Shown here in pieces: positions 40,401-49,973 of a stretch of DNA of 54,966 bases. The position numbers and the translations under genes were made by a program. How positions within the stretch are numbered: position 1 is the stretch's first letter; each line of letters begins with the position of its first letter. The stretch comes from an uncultured archaeon (GTDB taxonomy: Archaea > Thermoplasmatota > Penumbrarchaeia > JASLWR01), in contig CAYFHS010000027.1 of assembly GCA_964342815.1 (NCBI GenBank), forward strand, positions 1-54,966, read 5' to 3'. Below the pieces are notes generated by a model. It made no database searches and was not told the DNA's origin. It worked only from the letters and a program-made list of their open reading frames with translations.

Positions 40401-40919
40401 TTCCCAATTAAAGAGGGCGATATCGGCAGCGGTACTGTATGGATCTTTTCGAGAAATTACGTTCGATGAATTGTCACCCCATAGTTTTCTGGCATCTGAA
40501 ATATCCTGATCTTTCATGTTCACGTATTCGACGATGTCAAGGCCGTCTGCCACGGTGAGATAATCATCCATAAAATATGAGAGACCCTGGTGATCGTTCA
40601 TAGTCCTCAGTGTTTGATCATCGGTATCATATGGTGCGTTATAGTACAATAATGGATGTGAATATATGTTGTTACTGGTCTTGTCATAGAAAACGGATGC
40701 GGGGACTGAAGCGAGGTAGGAGTAATCATCAAGATATGATTCTTTGTCGAATCCCACGAAGGTGACCTTGTTCGCAGCGGACATACGGTTCCAGGTAACA
40801 GAATCGAATCGGTAGGATCCATCTGCATTATCCTTGGGAATGTCCACCTCGAAACACCCTGTGAACATTATGGTGCACATCATCAACCATATGATGCACA
40901 CAAAGATTTTTTTTCTCAT
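37491..40919 (-). CDS. Large membrane-anchored secreted protein with a C-terminal peptidase C25-like region
   Basis: Signal ending in FTGC; MHGG, AGSCL and YYGDP motifs; C-terminal TM. Confidence 0.7.
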   Translation of the reverse strand: MRKKIFVCIIWLMMCTIMFTGCFEVDIPKDNADGSYRFDSVTWNRMSAANKVTFVGFDKESYLDDYSYLASVPASVFYDKTSNNIYSHPLLYYNAPYDTDDQTLRTMNDHQGLSYFMDDYLTVADGLDIVEYVNMKDQDISDARKLWGDNSSNVISRKDPYSTAADIALFNWEYSRNAVLVPVLEEYPFERIETSGSVTGKTPDKQVEKMTFTGTKEPSPVQPNDHDFVIEEGYKYVTSYMIWGEDWTPEQIRKLIERGKDPDMQLFDMEIGQVGASEEWNVLSGPQEHIGSYVYNSGDWRASVTYMPTEQLMSLDEDKDKLHEIVKDLELDEVESADNEKQIVTMPGIEDPRAPEDSEAKYTIDITIYPGVDIPLPELTSFNTRNAEFILESDDPSQKLGLIITGPSGAEIFADISDEQIKVASIPELGIGEYTVSVVNLNDDAKPTDFSVSYKWEQTKGITEGRALWSASQGAVLGSMYNAPLLYTKMDSVPEYTKKALNTLGVTEVFLINRQGYASENLVDEIEDCRSIFQTSIEVQEYKDVGEIYNLIKDRSALNGTWGNDVVFSTINAWNPWLGGVKSPEPEEPGALYIGPGAYAAAHHGTPLIILDLSEPLSCSQAWHNEFWRLAAKSRRAPSVACMVLTGFQVYDYLAEYGFDIPDTQESMLTVAGQFDIGTAWDRVFTEAAYPGRIMGTPVDTSYWVSRSVFYPYMIYANPGVNPALDEHDGKRITGSSSTRIAGRLVITEEEKEVQVTNPVLETWVSYQHKFNELASEYWGCPYTTRTGITPFFTDSPDEIDKGLGGKYPDITTSEIVRYYSEKGNFDEVFTTNFDKTMENLNRGVIMWYEVMHGGSSGGGVVGFWNENQRESNPWRGYEENGIPLVSIGSEGIIEENPLYDLTRMRGSTEDPDVVTMSKYYGLDLQPSTGPKSDAGIIPETHDGVIIAILQQGQTGHQTGYMWDDAMDNIHSVGFSAGSCLIANTYLHLTTMRHGSVFQIIDPWLTSWYSSFAMEMFAKDQATGGYTVGQSYVRGITHVGIQYLVDGWWWDIFENLVYYGDPDIVMFTPNNALEKPVAMQAGTSVNGHNFYGAREHSHSIGVITLTWIIVFVLLIVGGIAATIYIIKKKNRGPPGKADNKDR

Positions 40920-41064
40920 TTTTACATCTCCTCTTAATAAATTTTAATTTGGACTTACCAATTCTATGGATTATAATCTTGGTTTTATTTATTACCTTTT
41001 TTCCAATTTTGATTTATATCATACATTATAATTGAATGAAACGGTCAATATACCCCCATATAAT

Positions 41065-42438
41065 TTACTTCCTTTCCCCTCGGCTCTTCATTATGTTCTC
41101 GTAGACCTGGTTTAAGAGAGCCGCCTCTGTCTCCGCGGCCAGCTTGATCCTCTCAGGTGAATCCTGATACCGGTCCGGATGATAATCTTTTATTTTTTCA
41201 AGGTAAGCCTTTTTTATCTCTTCCACTGTGGCTCCCTCGTCCACCCCCAATATCTGGTATTGATCACGTCCATCGGGACTTTCGGATACCGTCACGGTTG
41301 TTTGGACATAATTGACAAGTGGAATATCGATAATGGGAACTTCTTCGATCCTCTCCTCTTCTTCCTTCATGATATGGTATCCCTTTTTAATGCTTGGTGA
41401 CAGGTTAATAAACGAGCAGGATAGGACCATAAGCAGGAATATTCCAGAGTAAATATAATATGAAATTCCTCCAATGGAATAAAATGCAAAACCAGGGTAG
41501 AAATATCCTAACCAGACTATAACCGAGATCAGAATAGTAGTTACCGGAAGGACCCGCCCTTTACCCTTGAACTTCTTTTTTATCCAGATCACCACAAGTA
41601 AAAGATATCCGATTATGATGGTTAGCAAAAATACATAGAATAACAATGAAGGAGATTTTAGCGTTGTATCGTGAACCATAACTTTATTGTTATCCGCGGT
41701 GAACTTTGTATACGTCGTTTTATACAGGTAACTTTCTCCGGTTCTGCTTCTGGTATGGTCGAGACTAATTTCCTCGAAACTCATTGAAACAGGATCGGTA
41801 CTGTCGATCTCGATACGGATCCATGCATAATCCTTCCCCTCCCAGTATTTCTTTTCCATGTTCGTAAAACTCAATTCCTGTGCGAGATCGCTATCATGGG
41901 TGAATTTCAGGTAAGTGTATTCCCTTTTGGAGCTTTCTACGATCGACTTAAAACCGGAGCTGAGTTCTACCCCAATTTCCCGGCCATTTGTATAGAAAGT
42001 TATATTTGGATCCATCAGTTGCAGCTCATCATCCGAGTCCAGTATCCCTTTCATGATCATTGAGAAATTTATATTTTCGAAATTCCTCGAAGAGCTGCCA
42101 GGAAATAACTTTTCCCAGAAGAATTTGTGCACATCATAGCTGATATGTCCATTAAATATCCGAAAATCGAGGTCTAGCTCATCACTTGCGGTTATCTCCA
42201 GCTTATCCTTTTCCGTCGTTCCCAGATAGAAGGAAATAACCCCGGAATCCGTGTCGGTAAATTCTACTTTCAATTTCATGATGATGATGTAACCGCTGTT
42301 GCCTACGAATGGTACTGCTTTCGTGCTAGGGGTAACCACCAGAGGTACCAGTAAAAAGAATAGAACCAATAACCGGGATATGGCGAGAATTTTTCGCTGC
42401 CAGTTTCGTGTGCGTCGTGTGTCCTTATGTACCTTCAA
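41065..42438 (-). CDS. Membrane protein with an extracellular N-domain, three TMs and a C-terminal DnaJ domain
   Basis: YQILGVDEGATVEEIKKAYLEKIKDYHPDR...LNQVYE (HPD motif). Confidence 0.85.
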   Translation of the reverse strand: MKVHKDTRRTRNWQRKILAISRLLVLFFLLVPLVVTPSTKAVPFVGNSGYIIIMKLKVEFTDTDSGVISFYLGTTEKDKLEITASDELDLDFRIFNGHISYDVHKFFWEKLFPGSSSRNFENINFSMIMKGILDSDDELQLMDPNITFYTNGREIGVELSSGFKSIVESSKREYTYLKFTHDSDLAQELSFTNMEKKYWEGKDYAWIRIEIDSTDPVSMSFEEISLDHTRSRTGESYLYKTTYTKFTADNNKVMVHDTTLKSPSLLFYVFLLTIIIGYLLLVVIWIKKKFKGKGRVLPVTTILISVIVWLGYFYPGFAFYSIGGISYYIYSGIFLLMVLSCSFINLSPSIKKGYHIMKEEEERIEEVPIIDIPLVNYVQTTVTVSESPDGRDQYQILGVDEGATVEEIKKAYLEKIKDYHPDRYQDSPERIKLAAETEAALLNQVYENIMKSRGERK

Positions 42439-42533
42439 CCCTAACCCCTCGGTTATATATCTATCAAAATTCTTACGTTTATATCAGCCTTTTATAGCGC
42501 TCAGGCTCCGCTACACGAATTGATTTGTTGGTT

Positions 42534-43433
42534 TTATGTAGGCTGATCGCAAAATGGACATATCTTGTACTTGGTCTTGACTTGCTGGCCGCATGAAACA
42601 CAGTTCTTTTTCCCAGGACCTACTATTGGGGAGGCCTGCGGAATCTGCGGAGGTGCACCTCCACCTACCAACTGAGCCTGGAGCTGCTGGGTGGCTATAA
42701 GCTGTTGTTGTTGGATATCCAAAAGCTGCTGCTGCATCATTAACTGCTGCTGTTGTCCCTGCATGATCGCACGCTGCTGGGTATCAATTAGGGGCGGATG
42801 CTCTTTCATCCACCCAATGGACTGGATCTCTCCCACCAGAAGCAGACCGAGAGCGCAGAGTGCCACCACTTCCCCGATAATGGGAATGAAAAGATTACTT
42901 TGATACGTTTCTTCGGTTCCCGGAGAAATCACCATTATGGTTCCGATTATGAAGATTATTTTTCCAAATGTGTATACCAGGGTGCCTACTAGTCCGAATT
43001 TCCCGCCCCCAACCTCTTTCAATTCCAGGAACCACCCCCAGGCGATGGGGATGAAAGGTATACCCATCCATAAAGGGATTACAAGATCGGTGTCGAACAG
43101 ATTGGGGAAGACGACCCATCCTACGCCGAGGATCAGGATTCCAACTATCTGTAGGATGAAACCAAACAGTATTGCGGATGCATGTTTTTCTCCGTAAATA
43201 TCTCTTTTAACGAGAGTGATTATACAGCAAACCAGTAGATAAATGGCGAAAGTCGGGACGATCATGCACAATCCGCACATGGCGAGGAAGCCCTCCGCCA
43301 TGTCACCCACTTCATTTGACCTGAATTTGATGAATATTATCAGGAAAAATACCTCAACAATCACGAGAACGATTATTGCGATGAGGTTCAGCACCTGGCA
43401 TGTGATACCCGGATTGGATTCTTTCGTGGCCAT
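42534..43433 (-). CDS. Membrane protein with a Gln-rich coil and a C-terminal zinc ribbon
   Basis: About 6 TM segments, QQQQLMMQQQLLDIQQQQL and CVSC...CPFC. Confidence 0.75.
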   Translation of the reverse strand: MATKESNPGITCQVLNLIAIIVLVIVEVFFLIIFIKFRSNEVGDMAEGFLAMCGLCMIVPTFAIYLLVCCIITLVKRDIYGEKHASAILFGFILQIVGILILGVGWVVFPNLFDTDLVIPLWMGIPFIPIAWGWFLELKEVGGGKFGLVGTLVYTFGKIIFIIGTIMVISPGTEETYQSNLFIPIIGEVVALCALGLLLVGEIQSIGWMKEHPPLIDTQQRAIMQGQQQQLMMQQQLLDIQQQQLIATQQLQAQLVGGGAPPQIPQASPIVGPGKKNCVSCGQQVKTKYKICPFCDQPT

Positions 43434-43596
43434 GGATTAGTCCCCTTGGTGTTAACGGTGATAGTAAACTCACTTAATATATATATTCTTTCCGAGGGAA
43501 TGTCAAGTTCCACAAGAGGAGTCTGAAAGAAAATATTTTGTAGTTATTTACTTGTTCCAATCAATATTTATAGATTTAGATTTATTGGGGACGAGT

Positions 43597-44397
43597 ATGC
43601 TGTTATTGAAGCTTGGCGGTAGTGTCATTACGGATAAAAGTAGTTACTCGACATTCAGGGAGGATGATGCTAGAAGATTGATCGGTGAGCTGAAACTCGG
43701 TCTTGAATGTCTTCAGGATACTCGAGTGATCCTGGTTCATGGGGCTGGTTCATTCGGTCATATTTTGGCCCGTGAGCATTCCATTCATAGAGGTAATCGA
43801 GTAGAAGGCCCTCGTCACCATATCGTCTCTCGCATAAGAAGGGATGTCAGGAAGCTGAACAATCTTCTGGAGGAACTTCTTCTTGAAAACAATTTTCATC
43901 CTATTTCCATTTCACCCGAAGCGATCCTCCATAAAGAGGGTGAAGATATTTTCACCCCGATCCAGCAAGGCCTTGACGGTTTATTGAGTTTTACCAATGA
44001 GGGTTTGTTACCAGTTCTTTATGGTGATGTGGTCTCAGATGACGATATAGGATTTTCGATATGTTCCGGAGATGACGTGATGAAGGTTCTTTCCCATATT
44101 GGAAAGATCGATGGGATAATATTCGTAACCAATGTGGATGGTATCTTCAGGGCAGATCCGGACGGCGGCCGGGGTGAGATGATCAGAGCGGTTTCCCCTG
44201 CCAAACTGTTAAAGGATATCTACATTAGTACGGAGGATAAAGTAGCGGATGTTACCGGTTCCATGTATGGAAAGGCCGAGAAGATCGCAGACCTGGCTCT
44301 CCAAGCCAAGGTACTTGTCATTAACGGGAAAATGCCCGGACGGCTGGAATCCGCAATCAAGGGAGAATTTGTTATAGGGACATTGATCCAGAATTGA
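43597..44397 (+). CDS. Isopentenyl phosphate kinase
   Basis: LKLGGSVITDK, VHGAGSFGH, PVLYGDVV, SGDD and DVTGSMYGK; adjacent to IDI-2. Confidence 0.93.
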   Translation: MLLLKLGGSVITDKSSYSTFREDDARRLIGELKLGLECLQDTRVILVHGAGSFGHILAREHSIHRGNRVEGPRHHIVSRIRRDVRKLNNLLEELLLENNFHPISISPEAILHKEGEDIFTPIQQGLDGLLSFTNEGLLPVLYGDVVSDDDIGFSICSGDDVMKVLSHIGKIDGIIFVTNVDGIFRADPDGGRGEMIRAVSPAKLLKDIYISTEDKVADVTGSMYGKAEKIADLALQAKVLVINGKMPGRLESAIKGEFVIGTLIQN

Positions 44398-44421
44398 ATT
44401 TATTATCTGCAAGGCGAGATC

Positions 44422-45504
44422 ATGGCAGTAAAAAAGACCATAGTAAATAGAAAAGAAGACCACATCCGGATATGTATTGAGGAAGGACCTGTGGCAAAAT
44501 GGAACCTGCTGGACTGCATCGAGATAGTTCACAATGCCCTGCCTGAAATAGATCAAGATGATATCGATTTATCCCGGATATTTTTGGGGAAGCAGCTTTC
44601 AGCTCCGCTGTTTATCGCAGCCATGACAGGCGGCACTCCTGAAGGCAGAAAGATAAATGAAAACTTGGCTGCCACTGCTGCAAAGACAGGTATCGGTATG
44701 GGTGTGGGATCACAAAGAGCTGCTCTGGAGAATGAGAGGCTGATCGCGACCTATTCTGTTGTGAGTGAATTTGAAATTCCTCTCCTGATGGCTAATATCG
44801 GGATGCCCCAGCTCATACTTGCCGCCCGACGAGGTGGAATGAATGAGGTCAAGGATGTAATCAAGCGATCTCTGGACATGATAGGTGCAGGTTTCATCTG
44901 CATTCATTTGAACTACCTACAGGAAGCGGTTCAGCCCGAAGGTGAGGCTTTAGCGAGAGGTGGACTGGAAATAATCAAGAATCTCTGTGATGATTTTTCG
45001 GTAGTGATCAAGGAGACTGGTGCGGGTATCGACCTTGATACGATAACTGAACTTCGCGCCGCCGGGGTGACTGCAGTTGACGTTGGCGGCAGGGGCGGCA
45101 CCAGTTTCAGCGCGGTTGAATACTTCAGGAGCGTACAGGGAAATGATCAAACCGGAGATCTGGGGAAGCTGTTGTGGGATTGGGGAATACCAACTCCGGT
45201 GGTGGTCAAGGAAGCACATGGAAAGCTCCCGCTCATTGCAACCGGTGGGGTGAGAAACGCCATGGATGTGTTTAAACTATTATCCATGGGTGCGGACCTT
45301 GTAGGACTTGGGCGGGTATTACTGGAACCAGCCATGATGAGTGAGGCGGAGGTTACCAGAGAAATTGAGAAATTGATCTCAGGGCTGAAGGCCACTATGT
45401 TTCTTACAGGATGTGCAACACTGAGTGAGATAATTAATGTAAAAAAGATCTACTATCCTCCGTTGACCTACTGGATCCAGCAGGGGACAGGTAAAAGGAA
45501 TTGA
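44422..45504 (+). CDS. fni: Type 2 isopentenyl-diphosphate delta-isomerase
   Basis: RKEDHI, AMTGG, GVGSQRAAL, HLNYLQEAVQPEG, KETGAG, GGTSF and WDWGIPT. Confidence 0.96.
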   Translation: MAVKKTIVNRKEDHIRICIEEGPVAKWNLLDCIEIVHNALPEIDQDDIDLSRIFLGKQLSAPLFIAAMTGGTPEGRKINENLAATAAKTGIGMGVGSQRAALENERLIATYSVVSEFEIPLLMANIGMPQLILAARRGGMNEVKDVIKRSLDMIGAGFICIHLNYLQEAVQPEGEALARGGLEIIKNLCDDFSVVIKETGAGIDLDTITELRAAGVTAVDVGGRGGTSFSAVEYFRSVQGNDQTGDLGKLLWDWGIPTPVVVKEAHGKLPLIATGGVRNAMDVFKLLSMGADLVGLGRVLLEPAMMSEAEVTREIEKLISGLKATMFLTGCATLSEIINVKKIYYPPLTYWIQQGTGKRN

Positions 45505-45508
45505 AAAA

Positions 45509-46204
45509 CTAAGGTAATAGGGAAAGTTCAGCGGTGGCCACGGCATGTATCTGCGTGGTATTGAACAATGTAATTTTAATTTTTTCCTGTTTAACCAGCA
45601 GAGGGATCTCGGTACATCCCAGTATGACACCTTGGGCTCCTTCCTTGCAAAGTTTTCCCATGATCTCGTTGAACCGCTCCCTTGATGCATCTCTGAGCTG
45701 ACCCCGGATAAGCTCTTCAAATATGGTTCGGTGTACAAAGGCCATGTCTTCTTCTCCAGGGATGATGACGTCAATACCGAATAACTGTTTCAATCTTCGT
45801 CTATAGAACGATTGCTTCATGGTATATTCGGTCCCAAGGAGGCCTACCTTTGTCATTCCTCTATCCAATATTTTCCGAGCTGTGGAATCCGCTATGTGAA
45901 CAAGGGGTATTTTTACACTACCTTCGACCTCTTCAGCCACCTTATGCGTGGTATTTGCGCAGATGGCCAGAAGATCGGCACCAGCATTTTCCAGACATTT
46001 TGCAGAATGAACCATCAAGGTTGCAAGTTTCTCCCATCCGCCATGACGCTGCAGTTCATCGATCTCCTGAAAATTCACACTGTATATTATTATTTTTCCC
46101 GAATGCAGTTTTCCCAGGCGTTGATTTACGTGTTGGTTTATAATGCGATAATACTCTGCTGTTGATTCCCAACTCATTCCGCCAATAAGACCTATGGTTT
46201 TCAT
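45509..46204 (-). CDS. Aspartate/glutamate racemase family protein (RacX/YgeA-like)
   Basis: MKTIGLIGGMSWESTAEYY, ICANTTH and LGCTEIPLL. Confidence 0.93.
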   Translation of the reverse strand: MKTIGLIGGMSWESTAEYYRIINQHVNQRLGKLHSGKIIIYSVNFQEIDELQRHGGWEKLATLMVHSAKCLENAGADLLAICANTTHKVAEEVEGSVKIPLVHIADSTARKILDRGMTKVGLLGTEYTMKQSFYRRRLKQLFGIDVIIPGEEDMAFVHRTIFEELIRGQLRDASRERFNEIMGKLCKEGAQGVILGCTEIPLLVKQEKIKITLFNTTQIHAVATAELSLLP

Positions 46205-46220
46205 TTGTTCACCTGGTTAA

Positions 46221-46527
46221 CCTTACTTTTTCTTCCCTCTGCTCAGAAAAAGTGCGGGTCTTCACAGACTCCTAGGACAGTTTGCCGTGGTGCTCGGCTA
46301 TCCCTTACTTTTTTCTCCTATTGGCAGAAAAAGTGCGGATGCACGCTTCGCTAAGTTGCATCCTCGGCTGACTTGTTTTCAGATGCAACTGCCCCTACGC
46401 ATTTTTCTCGCTTCGCTTAAAAAAATGTGCGGGTCCCCACTTTGCTACGTTGCATCCTTGACTGACATACTTATGGATGCAACTGCCCCTACGCATTTTT
46501 CTCGCTTCGCTTAAAAAATGTGCGGGG
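46221..46527 (-). repeat. Tandem array of four hairpin-forming units downstream of tRNA-Leu, each starting with CCGCA (the tRNA 3' end)
   Basis: Near-identical pair 46355-46433/46449-46527 and a second pair 46221-46257/46303-46338. Confidence 0.85.
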
Positions 46528-46604
46528 GGAGGGATTTGAACCCTCGAAGCACTAAGCACAGGGTCCTAAGCCCTGCCCCTTAGACCAAACTCGGGTACCC
46601 CCGC
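46521..46604 (-). tRNA. tRNA-Leu (anticodon TAG), CCA not encoded
   Basis: GCGGGGG acceptor/CCCCCGC-A, anticodon arm CAGGG-CU-UAG-GA-CCCUG, long variable arm, and GGUUCAAAUCC T-loop. Confidence 0.97.
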
Positions 46605-46704
46605 ATAATAGGTTTATATTATGATTCATTTTGGATATCTGCGAGCTAAGAGATAAATTATATTCCAAATATATTATTAATGGTCCAAATGTATGATCGG
46701 ATAA

Positions 46705-48255
46705 TCAACGAAGGCGCGGGAAGAATATTATAAACAGTATCATGAAACCGATGGACAGTGCGGTGGTTATGGATACTATCGAAGTGATCCGATCCCGTTT
46801 TTTCTTCGAGATCTTTTTACCCATCTTCTTAAGAACCGCTGCCAGAGTGTCCTTGAAGATAAAACCACCGTCCAGAGGTATGGATGGTAGGGTATTGAAG
46901 ATTCCAATAAGGATGTTCAACCAGAAAAGGTAATAAAAAGTGTTAGCTAGGAACCAGAATGTACTATCACCCAGGAGGGACCAGAAACCCTCGACTTTAT
47001 ACATATCAGTGAGAGGGGAGTGAAACGGCATCATCTTGGTATTCATGGGAAGCAATATCGAATAGGTTACGAGATTCGTACCCATTTCTCCCGCTGAATC
47101 GGCGCTGGCGATGGGCCGGTGAAGTGTTTCTATTATCTTCTGAGGATCCTGAACCCCCAATCCGAGAAATCCCTTTCCCTTGTCTTCCTCCTCCTTCGTG
47201 TATCGGTATTTATCCTCCAGTGCAATGTTGGTAAAGGTTTTCCTCTCTCCCTTGAAATATATGCCTATGTCTACCCTATCATGGTTGGAAAGACCCGAAA
47301 GCCCGTTGGAAAAGGACGGATAGTCCTTGACTTCAACATGCGTGACCGTAAAGCTCGCATTTTGATCTACCTTTACCAGCCAGGTGAATGTTTCATTTGA
47401 TATATTTTTTCGTTGTATAAGATCGGTGTCCAAGGTATCATAATCAGACGAACTGTTGAATAGCTCCCCGTTCTCGGATAATTGTTTAAAAGTATCGTTC
47501 GAGGTATTATTTTCAGTAATATTCATGTAAAGGGTCAGATCGGTTATGAGCATGCCTACTTCCAATCCACCTTCTTCAGCAGGATAATCCACCGAAAGGG
47601 AGTAAACCATCACCCCGTCCTCCACCGGGCTTAGCGATCCCATCATTCCCCAGGAAAATATCATTGCGCAGATCAAACCGACCATAATGTTCATTGTCGG
47701 CCCAGCGGCATACAATCTCATTCGCTTAATCCGTTTTGTGCTTTTCAGTTCCTTGTCATTGGGTTCCACGAATGCACCGACGGGAACTACAAGCATAAGG
47801 ATTCCCATGGATTTGACCCTCACCTTTGCCACCAGTGCCATGATGCCATGCGAGAACTCATGAACCACGATACCGATGATCAAAGCAATTACACCGTAGC
47901 TGAGAGGGATCAGGTTATTTACTCCAGGTATGACGAGGATATCGCTGGCCGGAACCGGTTCCACTTCCTTCATTGTGCTTCCGATGGTGCTAAGGATAAG
48001 TATCCCGAACATGGTGAACATGGATAAAAAGGTGAGGCCCAGACCGATATTGGCGAACCATTTCCAGAATCTTTTCAGTCGGGCGATCTTTGCAATAACT
48101 CTTTTTCCTCTTTGAGTCCTGATCAGAAGGATAGGACCCATCATGCTCAAGTTGAATTTTTCGAAGTATCCCATTCTCCTTAGAATGATCAAAACAACCA
48201 TGTATACAGTGATCAATCCTAAAACGATAACGTAACCATTTACCATTCTTTTCAC
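46705..48255 (-). CDS. Site-2 protease (M50) with a PDZ-like insert
   Basis: HEFSH, GAFVEP, AAGPTMN and FNTLPSIPLDGG. Confidence 0.93.
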   Translation of the reverse strand: MKRMVNGYVIVLGLITVYMVVLIILRRMGYFEKFNLSMMGPILLIRTQRGKRVIAKIARLKRFWKWFANIGLGLTFLSMFTMFGILILSTIGSTMKEVEPVPASDILVIPGVNNLIPLSYGVIALIIGIVVHEFSHGIMALVAKVRVKSMGILMLVVPVGAFVEPNDKELKSTKRIKRMRLYAAGPTMNIMVGLICAMIFSWGMMGSLSPVEDGVMVYSLSVDYPAEEGGLEVGMLITDLTLYMNITENNTSNDTFKQLSENGELFNSSSDYDTLDTDLIQRKNISNETFTWLVKVDQNASFTVTHVEVKDYPSFSNGLSGLSNHDRVDIGIYFKGERKTFTNIALEDKYRYTKEEEDKGKGFLGLGVQDPQKIIETLHRPIASADSAGEMGTNLVTYSILLPMNTKMMPFHSPLTDMYKVEGFWSLLGDSTFWFLANTFYYLFWLNILIGIFNTLPSIPLDGGFIFKDTLAAVLKKMGKKISKKKRDRITSIVSITTALSIGFMILFIIFFPRLR

Positions 48256-48468
48256 GGGTTCCTTCCTATTGATAAATCTCTAATCATAGATATATTGGAT
48301 TGTTTGCAAGACCAGTATATTATATGTCTGGTCATTATTCAGGGGAGGCATAATATAGTATTGGTTTTATTAAGGTATGCTCTTAAAAACGGTTTTTTGT
48401 TCCCAGTTTCAAAGCCTGGCCTGCCAGTATCTCGTGATATGGAGCGGCAGGGGATAGGAGGAACTTTA

Positions 48469-49962
48469 ATGGCAGAAAAAGGATTCACACTAAAAAAATT
48501 AATTGAAAATAACTACAAACCGGAAACCCCGTTGGATACTCTCGAAAAGACGATTTCGGCCCGTTTGGAAAAGCACAAGAAAGAGGGTAGAAGTAAAGCC
48601 TTTACCTATCAGAGCCTCTTTCCGAACACTATTCTGGACACTTATGTTCAGGAAAAGATTGTTGCGGCACTCCTGTCAGGGAATCATATTCTTCTTTTCG
48701 GTCCGCCGGGCTCGGGCAAGACCAACTTGATCAAGGATATAATGAATCTTCTGCCCGCGAAAATTTACGCAGTGGAAGGATGCCCTGTCCACGATTCACC
48801 CTTTAGCATTGCAGATCTGAAATTTTCTCGTCTTGTCCCTCCCTGTCCAACATGCAAAGCCCGATTCGGGAAGGTCATGTTCGAGGAAACTGGCCATTTC
48901 GACCCCGGCAAGATCGATCCTGCGAAGGTTCCGGTACACATTTTCCATATGAGAGAGGGTCATGGTTTTGCCCGGATTCAGGGTTCCCCCGAGGTCTTTC
49001 CCGATAACCTAACCGGTACTATCAACCTTCACCGCCTTGAGGAGATCGGTGATCCAACGTCCCCTCTGGTAATCCAACCGGGCAAGCTTCTACAGGCCAA
49101 CCGGGGAGTGCTCCTGATCGATGAAATTGGGAAACTTCCTCATGGGACTCAGAATGTACTGCTCCAAGCGCTTCAGGAGGCCACGGTCACCCCAGCGAAA
49201 TCGAGAGAAACCTTCCCCGCTTCCTTCATTGCTGTCACCACATCCAATCTCAACGATCTGGATGCTATAAATGAACCATTGAACGACCGTTTGTCGAATA
49301 TTTATGTTGGTTACAACTCAGAGCACTATAAGAATCGAATGATAATCGACCTGCAGCTAAAAAAGAAAGATAACCGTATATTCATACCCGATATTTTCAT
49401 CGAGGCCGCAGTGTACCTGGTAGAGGAGTGGAGAAGAAAGGGGGGTGATATATACGAATTTATCGAGGTGGGCTCGAATCGTACAATGATCGATATCGTA
49501 ACACGAACGGTGGCTTACTCCATCATGGAAGGGCGTTCATCGCTATCCATAGAAGCCTATACGAAAGGTGTGACCGACGCAATGATGGGCCGTATCCGCG
49601 CTCGAGGGGGTGAATCCTTTTTCGAGAATAAAAGGTTGATCGAAGGATTTGTAAAAGAGAACACTACGGCTTCTCTCAATAAGGCCGGGCGAAAATACTG
49701 GTGCGAATTCTTTAGAAAGAAGCTGTCCTCCAACACGCTTATGGGCAAAAAGACATTGAATGAGATCCAAACCGTGACAGCGAGCCCCAAAATCCTTAAC
49801 AAGGCGATAACTACCAGGGAAGGATATGGTAGATTCCTTTCATTCTATGATTATGTGATAAAGAAAGAACGTTTCTCAGGTCCTTATCGCGCTAAAAAGC
49901 TGTTTAAAACCGTCTTCGATTTCATGAAAGCCATAGATGTTTTCCACTGTGAGGAGGAGTAA
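48469..49962 (+). CDS. AAA+ ATPase, ChlI/Mg-chelatase/MoxR-like
   Basis: Walker A GPPGSGKT, PGKLLQANRGVLLIDE and NVLLQALQE. ATG at 48469 follows GGAGG. Confidence 0.88.
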   Translation: MAEKGFTLKKLIENNYKPETPLDTLEKTISARLEKHKKEGRSKAFTYQSLFPNTILDTYVQEKIVAALLSGNHILLFGPPGSGKTNLIKDIMNLLPAKIYAVEGCPVHDSPFSIADLKFSRLVPPCPTCKARFGKVMFEETGHFDPGKIDPAKVPVHIFHMREGHGFARIQGSPEVFPDNLTGTINLHRLEEIGDPTSPLVIQPGKLLQANRGVLLIDEIGKLPHGTQNVLLQALQEATVTPAKSRETFPASFIAVTTSNLNDLDAINEPLNDRLSNIYVGYNSEHYKNRMIIDLQLKKKDNRIFIPDIFIEAAVYLVEEWRRKGGDIYEFIEVGSNRTMIDIVTRTVAYSIMEGRSSLSIEAYTKGVTDAMMGRIRARGGESFFENKRLIEGFVKENTTASLNKAGRKYWCEFFRKKLSSNTLMGKKTLNEIQTVTASPKILNKAITTREGYGRFLSFYDYVIKKERFSGPYRAKKLFKTVFDFMKAIDVFHCEEE

Positions 49963-49973
49963 TCGAATTACAT

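Noticed and set aside
46287-46514. 75-aa ORF over the tRNA-linked repeats
   Set aside because: It arises from the repeat array and has no RBS or motif.
46221-46527. Integrated element (prophage or island) at tRNA-Leu
   Set aside because: Only 5-6 nt of the tRNA end recur, and no integrase or cargo is present.
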